Of a stretch of DNA of 64,000 bases, positions 49,527 through 58,699 are shown piece after piece (the first letter of the stretch is position 1; the number at the start of each line of letters is the position of its first letter). Source of the stretch: Candidatus Hermodarchaeota archaeon (GTDB lineage: Archaea > Asgardarchaeota > Hermodarchaeia > Hermodarchaeales > Hermodarchaeaceae); contig JAEOUH010000071.1 in assembly GCA_016839365.1 (NCBI GenBank), positions 26,865 through 90,864 of the forward strand, written 5' to 3'. A program made the translations under genes and the position numbers. The notes under the pieces are model-generated. The model saw only the letters and a list, made by a program, of their open reading frames with translations. It had not been told where the DNA came from and made no database searches.

Positions 49527-50291
49527 CTATTTGTCCACTACTTTGGGTTCGCGTTTTTCTAAGAAGGCTCTTACACCTTCTCTTGCATCTTCGGTTTCAA
49601 GGAGTTTTCTCATATATTGGGCTTCGATAAACAATCCCTCTTCAAGGGTTCGTTGTGTAGCTTCCTTGAGAGCCCGTTTAGCGTATTTTAATGCAACAAG
49701 ACCATGCCGTGCTATGCGTTCTGCCAGTGTCTTTGCCGTTGGTATTAACTGATCAGATGGAACGATTTTATAGACAAATTGCCCCATTTTCGAAGCGGGT
49801 AGGATTTCGCCAGTGAAAATTAATTCCCGAGCAAGCTGGGGGTTCATCCAGCGTTGTATCCGTTGTGTTCCACCCCAGCCTGGAATGACTCCTAATTTGA
49901 TTTCGGGTTGCCCAAATTTCGCGTTTTCAGAGGCAATAACGAAGTCGCAGGCCATTGCAATTTCCATGCCACCCCCGAGGCAATAACCATTGACCGCGAC
50001 AATTATTGGCTTTGAAATCCTTTCCAAAGATAAGGTAAAATTCTGACCTGTTCTTGTCAGTTGATCAGCCTTGTCAGCATCATTTTCCTCGAATTGTCTG
50101 ATGTCTGCCCCACCAACAAAAAACTTGTCTCCCGCTCCGGTGAGGATAACCACCTTGGTATCGTCTTGATCAAGTTTTGAGAATATTTCCTCTAGGGTTT
50201 GAAAGACTTTTGGGGTTAGAGTGTTGGCAGGGGGATTGTTTATTGTGACTAACGCTATTTGATTTTCTTTTTCAAGTTCGACCAATGGCAA
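49527..50291 (-). CDS. Enoyl-CoA hydratase (crotonase)
   Basis: FVGGADI, LGGGME, FGQPEIKLG, PGWGGTQR, AFLEKR. Confidence 0.9.
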   Translation of the reverse strand: MPLVELEKENQIALVTINNPPANTLTPKVFQTLEEIFSKLDQDDTKVVILTGAGDKFFVGGADIRQFEENDADKADQLTRTGQNFTLSLERISKPIIVAVNGYCLGGGMEIAMACDFVIASENAKFGQPEIKLGVIPGWGGTQRIQRWMNPQLARELIFTGEILPASKMGQFVYKIVPSDQLIPTAKTLAERIARHGLVALKYAKRALKEATQRTLEEGLFIEAQYMRKLLETEDAREGVRAFLEKREPKVVDK

Positions 50292-50589
50292 ACGTTCTTG
50301 CTCCTGTAGGCTGTTAGTGTCACAAAGAGACTTAGAACTCTTAACAGTTTTTCGTATTTAAGATTTCATTTGAAAACCAACGAAAGAGTGTTCTACTTAA
50401 TTTCGTCGGAAAATAGTGGATAGGTGTCGGTGTGCATCTAGAGTCGAGCAGCCAGTATATGATCGATTATATCAGACCTTACTCGTACTAGTTAACTCAT
50501 CAATTCCGGAATAAATATAGCATACCGATACGTCTTATATTACGGTTCTATTTGGGATAGGACCGAGGCTACTGATTGCGGGTGCAACT

Positions 50590-51039
50590 ATGAGTAAATC
50601 CACTCAGCACAGTAAACAGAAGAAGACCCCCAAACGGCGAAAAGTAGAGGTGGAGACACCAGAGGATTTACCCGAAGCCATTGGCTGGCTTCGCAAAGTA
50701 TTAGCTACTTCCTATTCGATGAACGAAGAGGGAATTATTCGTTTGAAGAAACAATTCGATCAATTATATGATGATCATGTTGAGGAATTTGATCGGAAAC
50801 TCATGAAGTCTGATTTGGAAAACAAAGACATCTTTGGTGAGTGCTTAGCTGCAAAAGAGATTCTGGGACATCTTCTGGCAGTGTGTAAATATCTTGAGCT
50901 GATTTTGGCTACAAAACAACTTCCAGCAGATTTGAAATCAGAGCAGCGAGAATCTGGAGCCCTCACAAGAACCCTGCAAAGGGATTTAACTTCTGAATTA
51001 CGGACCTTTTCACAGCGATTAGAACAGTTACAATCTTAG
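50590..51039 (+). CDS. Hypothetical all-alpha protein with basic N-terminus
   Basis: 149-aa ORF, KQKKTPKRRK leader, amphipathic helices. Confidence 0.65.
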   Translation: MSKSTQHSKQKKTPKRRKVEVETPEDLPEAIGWLRKVLATSYSMNEEGIIRLKKQFDQLYDDHVEEFDRKLMKSDLENKDIFGECLAAKEILGHLLAVCKYLELILATKQLPADLKSEQRESGALTRTLQRDLTSELRTFSQRLEQLQS

Positions 51040-51206
51040 CTCATTAATTGAATTTACCTACTCAGTACACTTCGACTTCGCAACCAACTTAATATTCCAG
51101 GAAACAAAGCAAAACGCTTTTGGGAATTCAGAACTAATTGAAATTCGATACCACATTAAACATGTAATCTTGAGCTCTTAAACCAAATAAATGAGGGCTA
51201 TTTCTT

Positions 51207-51953
51207 ATGACGGGAATTTCTTTAATTATGGATTCATTGAAAAAAAACCAAGCTGTCGTCGAAGAATTGACAGCGACGACAAAACGAGAAATTACGGAAA
51301 TCCAAACCCAAATTGACCAACTCCTGAAGCTGGTTACACTTCTCCAAGATGAGTGGGACGAACGGAAAGCCATTGAGGAAGAGTTAACCCGGGAAACAGC
51401 AGCATTGGAAGGCGAATTGTCTGCTGAAAGTCAGGAACATGGAAAATTAGAGTCGACAAGTGCAACCCAAAAGCAGGCTATCATGGAAGCGAAGACGGAA
51501 AGAGAACAACTCCAGAGAGAGCTAGCTGATATCGAAAGAAAACTTGAGGGCTTTGAAGATGATATTCGGAATGCTGAGCGGGCGCTACGCGAAGCAGAGA
51601 AGAATATGAACAAAGTCAATGAGAAGCTTTCGTCCGTCGATGACAAATTCAGTGAGCAACTTCAAAGTATCGATGCACAGGTAGCCGAAGCACGTAATGA
51701 GGCGGAATTACAGGGGGCCCGATACAAAGCATTGCGTTACTTGTTGTTGGAAGGCATTGTGAGTATGCCCGAAGCAAAGGTAGCAGCGGAGCTTAAAGAC
51801 AAAGACACCACAACCCTTGACCACTTACAAAAAACTACATTCATTGGGCGATTTAAGGTGCGAGAAATTATCCTGCAAATGGCTGAACGTAAGATTGTAC
51901 ATTTCGACAAGGAGACAGAACAGGTGAAGGTACTCAAACAGATTGATTTGTAA
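51207..51953 (+). CDS. Long coiled-coil protein with C-terminal winged-helix-like domain (paralog A)
   Basis: About 175 aa of heptad-rich E/K/Q helix, then YLLLE..PE...L, three short helices and a beta-wing (QMAERKIVHF...VKV). Confidence 0.75.
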   Translation: MTGISLIMDSLKKNQAVVEELTATTKREITEIQTQIDQLLKLVTLLQDEWDERKAIEEELTRETAALEGELSAESQEHGKLESTSATQKQAIMEAKTEREQLQRELADIERKLEGFEDDIRNAERALREAEKNMNKVNEKLSSVDDKFSEQLQSIDAQVAEARNEAELQGARYKALRYLLLEGIVSMPEAKVAAELKDKDTTTLDHLQKTTFIGRFKVREIILQMAERKIVHFDKETEQVKVLKQIDL

Positions 51954-51960
51954 CCGTTGA

Positions 51961-52710
51961 GTGGAAGTGAAAGAGATGGCAGAAATTAAGCAAATCCAAC
52001 AGATCCTTGAACAGAATCAAGCACGAATGAAAGCCATACGGGAAGCCTTCCGCAGCCAAATGTCAGCACTTATCGATGAGGTGACCAATGCACAACAAAG
52101 CTTGATTCGTATAGAACGTGAAATTCAATTATCCGAATCTCGAATCGAAGAAAAAAATACCACAATCAGTCATAACCGAGAACAACTAGCCCAGTTACGA
52201 GAATCAGGATCAGCGATGGAAGCAAAAATCGCTGGACTATACTCTGAGCTGAGCGAACAACAACAACAGATTACCGTACTGAAAGCATCTATAATGGAGA
52301 AATCAGGTCGCTTAGAATCTCTTGAAGCTGAAGCAAGACAAAGGGCAAAAGCCCTTGAGTCAAGACAGACCCTCCTTGATGAGAAACAAAAAGAACTAGG
52401 ACGCCTCCAAGCAAATAAGGATCAAGAACTCGCAAAACAAAATGAGGAACTCAAGAGGGCAAAAAAACAGATTAAAGACGTGAAGAAAGAGAATCCAGTT
52501 GCCGATTATCTATTAACAGAGGCTCATGAGCCCCCGGAACTTGATATTCTTGCCGTTCTCATTCATCAAAAAGAGGCCCCGGTATCTGAACTCAAACGTC
52601 TATCAAAATCACCCCCAGCCATTACATCTCGCATCCTCAAAGAGATGGAAAACAAAGGAATCATCGAACTCACAGGTTCAGACACAGCTCGATTAGTAAT
52701 TTCAATTTAG
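51961..52710 (+). CDS. Long coiled-coil protein with C-terminal winged-helix-like domain (paralog B)
   Basis: Same architecture; YLLTE..PPELDILAVL...SRILKEMENKGIIEL; starts 7 nt after paralog A (ATG alternative at 51976). Confidence 0.75.
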   Translation: MEVKEMAEIKQIQQILEQNQARMKAIREAFRSQMSALIDEVTNAQQSLIRIEREIQLSESRIEEKNTTISHNREQLAQLRESGSAMEAKIAGLYSELSEQQQQITVLKASIMEKSGRLESLEAEARQRAKALESRQTLLDEKQKELGRLQANKDQELAKQNEELKRAKKQIKDVKKENPVADYLLTEAHEPPELDILAVLIHQKEAPVSELKRLSKSPPAITSRILKEMENKGIIELTGSDTARLVISI

Positions 52711-52765
52711 CCCAAATTTCCATTGGGACGGCAAAGCCTTTTTGAGTCTGAAAGGCGGTTAGAGG

Positions 52766-53749
52766 GTGTTGGATGGTCGGACTTTGCATTCAGAATTAAA
52801 AAAACAAGATACGAAGCCAGATAAGAAAGCAGAGTCCAAATCCTATCCAGAACGTCAACTGGCAAAAATGCTAAAAGATCAACCTTTGACCCTTCCAGAA
52901 ACCAACCACAATCTCATTATTGGCGACAGTCGACGCATGACAGAACTTGCTGATGAATCAGTTCACTTGATTGTGACTTCACCCCCATACCCCATGATTG
53001 AAATATGGGATAACTTGTTTGCAGAAATGGGATTTAATGACTTTGCTGCGATGCACTTATATCTGGCTGAGGTTTGGAGCGAATGCTTCCGGATCCTTGT
53101 TAATGGCGGCATCGCCTGCATCAACATCGGAGATGCACTCCGAAAAATCGACGACAATTTTCAATTATATCCGAACCATGTAAAGGTCATTGAGCACTGT
53201 GAAGCGTTGGGATTTACCAGCCTTCCCTATATTCTGTGGAAAAAACCAACAACACGAGCTAATGCTTTTCTCGGTTCTGGTTTCATCCCACCCAACGCTT
53301 ATGTAACCCAAGATTGTGAATTCATCCTTGTCTTTCGCAAAGGACAACCTCGAGAATTTCCACCCAAAGATTTGATTCGTTATGCAAGCCATTATACAAT
53401 TCCTGAACGAAACACTTGGTTCACACAAATATGGAAGCTCCCGGGCACCCGACAGCACATCCCGCAGATAGCCCGGCGGGTGGCAGCGTTTCCTGAAGAA
53501 ATCGCGTACCGTCTAATTCGAATGTTTTCCATCATCGGAGATACCGTTGTTGATCCTTTTTTGGGAACAGGAACCACCATGAAAGTTGCACGAGACAATC
53601 ACCGCAATAGCATCGGATATGAGATCGATGAAAAACTAGTTCCAGTAATCGAGGACAGATTAAGCAGTGATGATCTCCTCAAGCCGCGTCACCGTCGAAA
53701 GAAAATCCAAGGATATCATATTACCTATCAAAAAACCAACCCAGAATAG
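52766..53749 (+). CDS. Site-specific DNA methyltransferase, N4-cytosine type (beta class)
   Basis: IIGDS, TSPPY catalytic motif before DPFLGTGTT SAM-binding motif, AFP, GYEID. Confidence 0.88.
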   Translation: MLDGRTLHSELKKQDTKPDKKAESKSYPERQLAKMLKDQPLTLPETNHNLIIGDSRRMTELADESVHLIVTSPPYPMIEIWDNLFAEMGFNDFAAMHLYLAEVWSECFRILVNGGIACINIGDALRKIDDNFQLYPNHVKVIEHCEALGFTSLPYILWKKPTTRANAFLGSGFIPPNAYVTQDCEFILVFRKGQPREFPPKDLIRYASHYTIPERNTWFTQIWKLPGTRQHIPQIARRVAAFPEEIAYRLIRMFSIIGDTVVDPFLGTGTTMKVARDNHRNSIGYEIDEKLVPVIEDRLSSDDLLKPRHRRKKIQGYHITYQKTNPE

Positions 53750-53798
53750 GGTTGGAAAAAAAGATATTATCCGTACTGCATAACATTAGAGTTAAGGG

Positions 53799-54710
53799 TT
53801 GTTCATGATATGTGCAGTTGGGAACATCAACATCGATTGGATTTGCACCCTTTCACACCTCCCAACCTGTGATGAAAAACTGAATATACAGTCCCTCTCC
53901 ATCTTCCCTGGTGGAGCAGCAGCAAACTTCGCTGTTAGTCTAGCCCGTCTAGGATCCAAAATACGCCTGTTTGGTCATGTGGGAGAAGATTCAAGGGGTC
54001 GTGAAGCCCTCCAATCCCTTCGTGACGAAAAGGTGGACACATCATTTGTCATCCATGAAAAAGACCTTTCTACCGGACTGGTTATCATCTTAGTTGATAA
54101 AGATGGACAAACTATGAAACTACGGTTTCGTGGGGCGAATAGCCGGCTTTCTCCCAATGATATCACTTCTAAGTTATTTAAGGACGTTCAGATCGCATAT
54201 GCTGCAAGCGTATCTATTCCCGTTGCGACTCAGATTGCAGCAGTAAGCAATCAAATGGGCATTTGTTCAGCAATTGATGTAGGTGAAGAATTTACTAAGC
54301 AATCCATTGACAAAGTTCGTGACATGATTTGTAGTTTCTCAATTGTTTTCATGAATCAATTGGTCTTTAAGCGAATTTTCAAACGGCCCCCAACTTTGAA
54401 CAACATTCAATCCGAAGTGAATGGTGCACTCGAGGTGTTGAACGTCACATTAGGACGCAAAGGATCCATAACCGCAACCAAAGAGATAGTCTTCGAGACA
54501 CCAGCTTTCCAGGTGGAAACCGTGGATACAACGGGAGCAGGTGATGCTTTTGCCGCTGGATTCATCCATTATTACAATCAAAAACTACCCATCGTAGAAA
54601 CTGCTAAACGTGCTGCCGCGTGCGCCTCTTTACAAGTAACCCAACCAGGGGGACGCGAAGGACTACCTACCGCCCAACAAGTGGAAGACTTTCTCAAGAA
54701 TGCTGAGTAG
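53799..54710 (+). CDS. PfkB/ribokinase family carbohydrate kinase
   Basis: GNINID, PGGAAAN, VDTTGAGDAF. Confidence 0.9.
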   Translation: MFMICAVGNINIDWICTLSHLPTCDEKLNIQSLSIFPGGAAANFAVSLARLGSKIRLFGHVGEDSRGREALQSLRDEKVDTSFVIHEKDLSTGLVIILVDKDGQTMKLRFRGANSRLSPNDITSKLFKDVQIAYAASVSIPVATQIAAVSNQMGICSAIDVGEEFTKQSIDKVRDMICSFSIVFMNQLVFKRIFKRPPTLNNIQSEVNGALEVLNVTLGRKGSITATKEIVFETPAFQVETVDTTGAGDAFAAGFIHYYNQKLPIVETAKRAAACASLQVTQPGGREGLPTAQQVEDFLKNAE

Positions 54711-54746
54711 GAAGAAAACTAAACTCTCAATTTCATTCACATTGAT

Positions 54747-55631
54747 TTAAGAAAGGAATGGGATGACTACAGGTGTTGATGATTTGGTGGCTATCACCTG
54801 AGAGACAGTCCCAAGAAAAAGCCCGATACGGCCAGGCTTTCGATGTGCCCCTAAAATAATGAGGTCAACCTTTTCTTTTTCAGCGAACTTTAACGCTGCC
54901 TCACCAACATTTGGTGCACCCAAATGCTGAGGCGTCAAAGTAAGCCCTGTTTGCTCGGAAAAAATCGACACATCATCTGTGAAGAGTTCACGTTGTACCT
55001 TCAGCTCCGGTGTCCCTAATGGAGTAGAATTCATCACCTGAGGGATTGTAGTAACATTCAAAGCAATCAGTTCCGCATTAGCTGCAGCTGAACTGCCCTT
55101 CAAAGAGGCCGCTAGTCGAAGCGCAACCTGATCTTTCCGTGTATTGCGTATTGGAACTAAGATCTTTTTCAGATTAGCCCGATAATTCGCTTCAAAGTCA
55201 TCAATCCAAGACGTCACAATAAGCACCGGAATCTTACTTTTCCGAGCAACGCGCCGTGCAGTCGAACCCAATAGTCGCTTATCTGCTTGGGTTTGAGCGA
55301 TGGACATGATAATCATATCGCAATCCTTCTCCTGACTCGAAGACAAAATCGCATCCGATGCCCGAACACGTGTAACGCGTTCCTCATCAAAGGGAACTTT
55401 CATTGACTTAGACAAACTTTTCGCATACTTGAAAAGCCGATTAACCAGTGTAATCTTTGATCGGCGAATCCTCTCACGACAATGTAGCAACGAGACCTTC
55501 GCTTTTGATTTCTCAGCAAGGTTGAAGGCTAGCTGGATGTGATCCACTTCAGCAGGAAAACCCTGGAGTGGAACAAGAATCCGAGTCAGTTTTGGTTCGG
55601 TCCATTCTTTAGTACACAAGTAACTCATCAT
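54747..55631 (-). CDS. Tandem universal stress protein
   Basis: Two repeats of ILVP...D(M/L)II...LG(S/T)...PV. Confidence 0.85.
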   Translation of the reverse strand: MMSYLCTKEWTEPKLTRILVPLQGFPAEVDHIQLAFNLAEKSKAKVSLLHCRERIRRSKITLVNRLFKYAKSLSKSMKVPFDEERVTRVRASDAILSSSQEKDCDMIIMSIAQTQADKRLLGSTARRVARKSKIPVLIVTSWIDDFEANYRANLKKILVPIRNTRKDQVALRLAASLKGSSAAANAELIALNVTTIPQVMNSTPLGTPELKVQRELFTDDVSIFSEQTGLTLTPQHLGAPNVGEAALKFAEKEKVDLIILGAHRKPGRIGLFLGTVSQVIATKSSTPVVIPFLS

Positions 55632-55723
55632 CGAACGCCTCCGTATTAGTTCGGTGAAACCATGTTTGCAGATATAAAAAGTCTATGGAACATATTAATG
55701 TTAAAAAGAAAATAAAATCTGCC

Positions 55724-56134
55724 TTAGGAGATGAGGTGAGTCGCATTCTTGATGGCTGAAACCAACTCCGGAAACGTCAGTTCATCGGGAAACACAGGAA
55801 CCGCATCCATGTCCTCCAAGCTGATAAACAACAAATACCAAATAGCCTTCACCAAAGACTCCTGAAGTTGAGGACCAGGTACTTCAAAAACATCTTGACA
55901 CAGTTTATCTAGTGTCCGGCTTGCATGCGTTGTTTTTTTCTGGCCATGCACCGACAAGTACACTGGAGTCCAACGCTCGTAAAAGAACTTCAACGCCTGA
56001 TAGATATTATCGACAAACAGTTCACGAATTTGTTCTTCATCCACACTATTCGACGCAGCGTTCACTACCTCGTTGATTCGAGGAATCAGAACATCAGCAA
56101 CGAATCCTTCAAGTTGGGCTTTTGGTGTGGCCAT
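55724..56134 (-). CDS. Hypothetical helical protein
   Basis: 136-aa ORF; no motif recognised. Confidence 0.6.
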   Translation of the reverse strand: MATPKAQLEGFVADVLIPRINEVVNAASNSVDEEQIRELFVDNIYQALKFFYERWTPVYLSVHGQKKTTHASRTLDKLCQDVFEVPGPQLQESLVKAIWYLLFISLEDMDAVPVFPDELTFPELVSAIKNATHLIS

Positions 56135-56199
56135 GATAATTCATCACAGACCATTAATCGAGAGAAGATTTACCAATTCACGCCATAAAAATCCATATG

Positions 56200-56470
56200 C
56201 CATAAGCATAACAATTAGATGAAGGATTGGTTAAAATATTTGTGTATCAAAACTTCAGTTAGTTTTTTAGCTAATATTTAATACTTTTCTATTCTTTTTT
56301 AATCAGTTTTTTTTCTATTATATAATCTGATATACCATAAGTCCTGAAAAACGTTGTTTTAACTAATGTTTTACTATTATTTTATAGATTAAATCCATAT
56401 TATTTATTATATTCTAAAAACAAACCATTTTGTTTAAAGTATTATTTTTAATTTAATTCAAAAGTAATAC
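56200..56470. other. Strongly AT-rich intergenic tract
   Basis: Long runs of T/A with very few G/C, unlike any other spacer in the window; AAATCCATAT occurs at 56189 and 56391; inverted repeat AAACAAA/TTTGTTT at 56418-56435. Confidence 0.7.
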
Positions 56471-56567
56471 CATCTTTGGTACAGTTATTGCAATAAAAAT
56501 TCGTCTATAAGATTCTTCGTGTATTAGGCGTTTTTGCAGTTTGTCCAATGTTTTTTGTACATTAAAG

Positions 56568-57173
56568 TTATTCAAGGGCTGCAAGAAATTCTTTAGTTTC
56601 TTCACCATCTTCAACCAGGATGATGTTCTGAGCGCCAGCTCTTTCGTAGTCATAGCGTCGCGCGATGAGCATAGCGTGGAATTTTTCGTGACCAGAGGAT
56701 GTGCTGCCACGCCAGATGTAGATCTGATCGAAGGTGTCGAGGATATAGACGTCATCAGATTTGAGGCTTTCTTTGGAGCGGGGGACCTCTATGAAGAGGT
56801 GGACGCCGCCGACGATGTTGAGCCGGAAGAGTTTGAATTCGTGTTTTTCTAAGATGACTTTTTTGAGGATGCCTTCTGTATCTTGATCGGTGATGTTAAT
56901 TTTTCCTCCGAAGAGTTCAAGGAATTCAGGGGGTTCACTACGAGCTTCAACGGTGACGAGGCGTGCGGCACCTTTACGGTCTTGGTCACGCCAAACCGAG
57001 GTGACGGCACCAATGAAGCGCTCATCCACAGAGGCGGTGCTACCACACCAGAGATAGATAACTGGACCAGTGTCGACAAGGTAGCAGTCACCGTCGCCAA
57101 AGTCGTTGAGCATATTTTCTGGCACCTTCAGCAGGTGGCCTCGTTGGACGTGGTATTTTATAAAATCAGTCAT
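56568..57173 (-). CDS. Two-domain gelsolin/villin-like protein (Asgard 2DGel type)
   Basis: Two gelsolin repeats: GDCYLVDTGPVIYLWCG...DE...SEPPEF and DDVYILDTFDQIYIWRG...HEK...EDGEETKEF. Confidence 0.88.
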   Translation of the reverse strand: MTDFIKYHVQRGHLLKVPENMLNDFGDGDCYLVDTGPVIYLWCGSTASVDERFIGAVTSVWRDQDRKGAARLVTVEARSEPPEFLELFGGKINITDQDTEGILKKVILEKHEFKLFRLNIVGGVHLFIEVPRSKESLKSDDVYILDTFDQIYIWRGSTSSGHEKFHAMLIARRYDYERAGAQNIILVEDGEETKEFLAALE

Positions 57174-57313
57174 ATTTCATTCCACCATTACGAACCTGTC
57201 TTGGACAAGGAAGGATTGTCCACAGCTTCTTACCTAGAATGCACTCAGATATGGGTTTTTAATCTTCCTTCGAATCTGTTTGAAATTCTTGTTAGGATAG
57301 GAATTCCTCAGAG

Positions 57314-58510
57314 TTAGATAATGTTGAGTTCCTTGCCAACTTTTTCGAAAGCGGTGATGGCACTGTTCAAATCTTCCATTGTTAAGGCTGAGTTCATTAT
57401 AACACGGATTCGGGCTTGACCACGGGCGACCATGGGATAGACAATTGGTAGGGCGAAGACACCTTCTTCGAAGAGACGTACACTGAACTTTTGTGCGTCG
57501 TCGCTTTCACCGATCATGACGGGGATGATGGGGGTTTCACTCATACCAGTATTGAACCCAAAATCTTGCATCGATTTGATGAAGTATTCCCGATTCTTCC
57601 AGAGGTTCTCAACATGTTTTGGTTCGGTTTCGAGAATGTCAATAGCGGCGATGCAAGCTGCAGCGACGGGTGGAGGATGAGATCCGCTTAGGAGCCAGGT
57701 GCGGGATTTGTTGTAGGCGAATTTGCGAAGGTACTCGCTTCCAGAGATGTGACCCCCAACAACACCGAAGGCTTTACTGAAAGTGCCCATTTCGACGTGG
57801 ACATCCCTGTGGGTGAGATTGAAGTGGGAAACAATCCCCCGTCCACCTTTTCCAAGAACGGCTTCCCCGTGAGCATCATCAACGTAAATCATAGCGCCAT
57901 GGGGGTTGCTCATTTTGACGATTTGATCGAGGGGAGCGATGTCGCCGTCCATGCTGAATACACCATCGGTGATGATTAGAATGCGATTATAGGCGGGTTT
58001 GTGTTTTTTCGCTTCATCAAGAACTCGTCCAAGGTCTGGGACATCAGTGTGCTTGAAGATTGCCCGTTCAGCACGAGTGAGTCGAACACCATCGATGATG
58101 GAACCGTGGTTGAGCTCATCGCTAATGATGAGGTCACCTTTACCAACAAGTTGGGGTATGAGTCCGGCGTTAGCTGCAAAGCCAGTCTGATAAACAAGGC
58201 TGGCTTCGGCGCCTTTGAATTTGGCAAGGCGTCGTTCGAGCTCTTCGTGAAGGTCCATATTGCCTGCGATTGGACGAACACTGCCACTGCCAACACCATG
58301 GGATTTGATGGCATCGATGGCGGCTTGTTTGAGTTTGGGGTGATTGCTCAACCCAAGGTAATTGTTACTGCAGAGCATGATGACTTCCTTGCCATCCACT
58401 ATCGCTCTGGGGGAGCTTGGACCTTGGAGTTCACGGAGCCTCCAATCAAGGGCTTGTTTGACCAGCTCTTCATATTCTGACTTTAGAAAGGCGGTTGGGT
58501 CGCGAGTCAT
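57314..58510 (-). CDS. kbl: Glycine C-acetyltransferase (2-amino-3-ketobutyrate CoA ligase)
   Basis: CSNNYLGL, SDELNHGSIIDG, DGVFSMDG, DDAHG, GTFSKA, ARIR; tdh nearby. Confidence 0.85.
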   Translation of the reverse strand: MTRDPTAFLKSEYEELVKQALDWRLRELQGPSSPRAIVDGKEVIMLCSNNYLGLSNHPKLKQAAIDAIKSHGVGSGSVRPIAGNMDLHEELERRLAKFKGAEASLVYQTGFAANAGLIPQLVGKGDLIISDELNHGSIIDGVRLTRAERAIFKHTDVPDLGRVLDEAKKHKPAYNRILIITDGVFSMDGDIAPLDQIVKMSNPHGAMIYVDDAHGEAVLGKGGRGIVSHFNLTHRDVHVEMGTFSKAFGVVGGHISGSEYLRKFAYNKSRTWLLSGSHPPPVAAACIAAIDILETEPKHVENLWKNREYFIKSMQDFGFNTGMSETPIIPVMIGESDDAQKFSVRLFEEGVFALPIVYPMVARGQARIRVIMNSALTMEDLNSAITAFEKVGKELNII

Positions 58511-58699
58511 TTTAGGGCACACCTTGGATGCAAATCTACCTTGGGACTTTTAAAGTATTTCAGAATTCCATGAATCGCTGGCAGGTAAGAATTTGTCATT
58601 AACACTAAAGAGAAATACGTAGTGGAGGCGAAATGGCTATAAAATCGAACTTGCCGGCAACCACACATTCATATTCGGTGCTTTCGGGGATTTAACAAG

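Noticed and set aside
51207-52710. SMC/Rad50 fragments or a frameshifted single gene
   Set aside because: No Walker A/B or hinge; each ORF has its own start and a complete homologous C-terminal head.
56135-56567. Replication origin as a firm call
   Set aside because: No ORB motif and no cdc6/orc1 or whiP gene in the window; kept only as a hypothesis.
56453-58553. Long antisense or alternate-frame ORFs over gelsolin and kbl (also 16478-16876, 29103-30154 and many others in the track)
   Set aside because: Shadow ORFs arising from codon bias of well-supported genes; they show no motifs.
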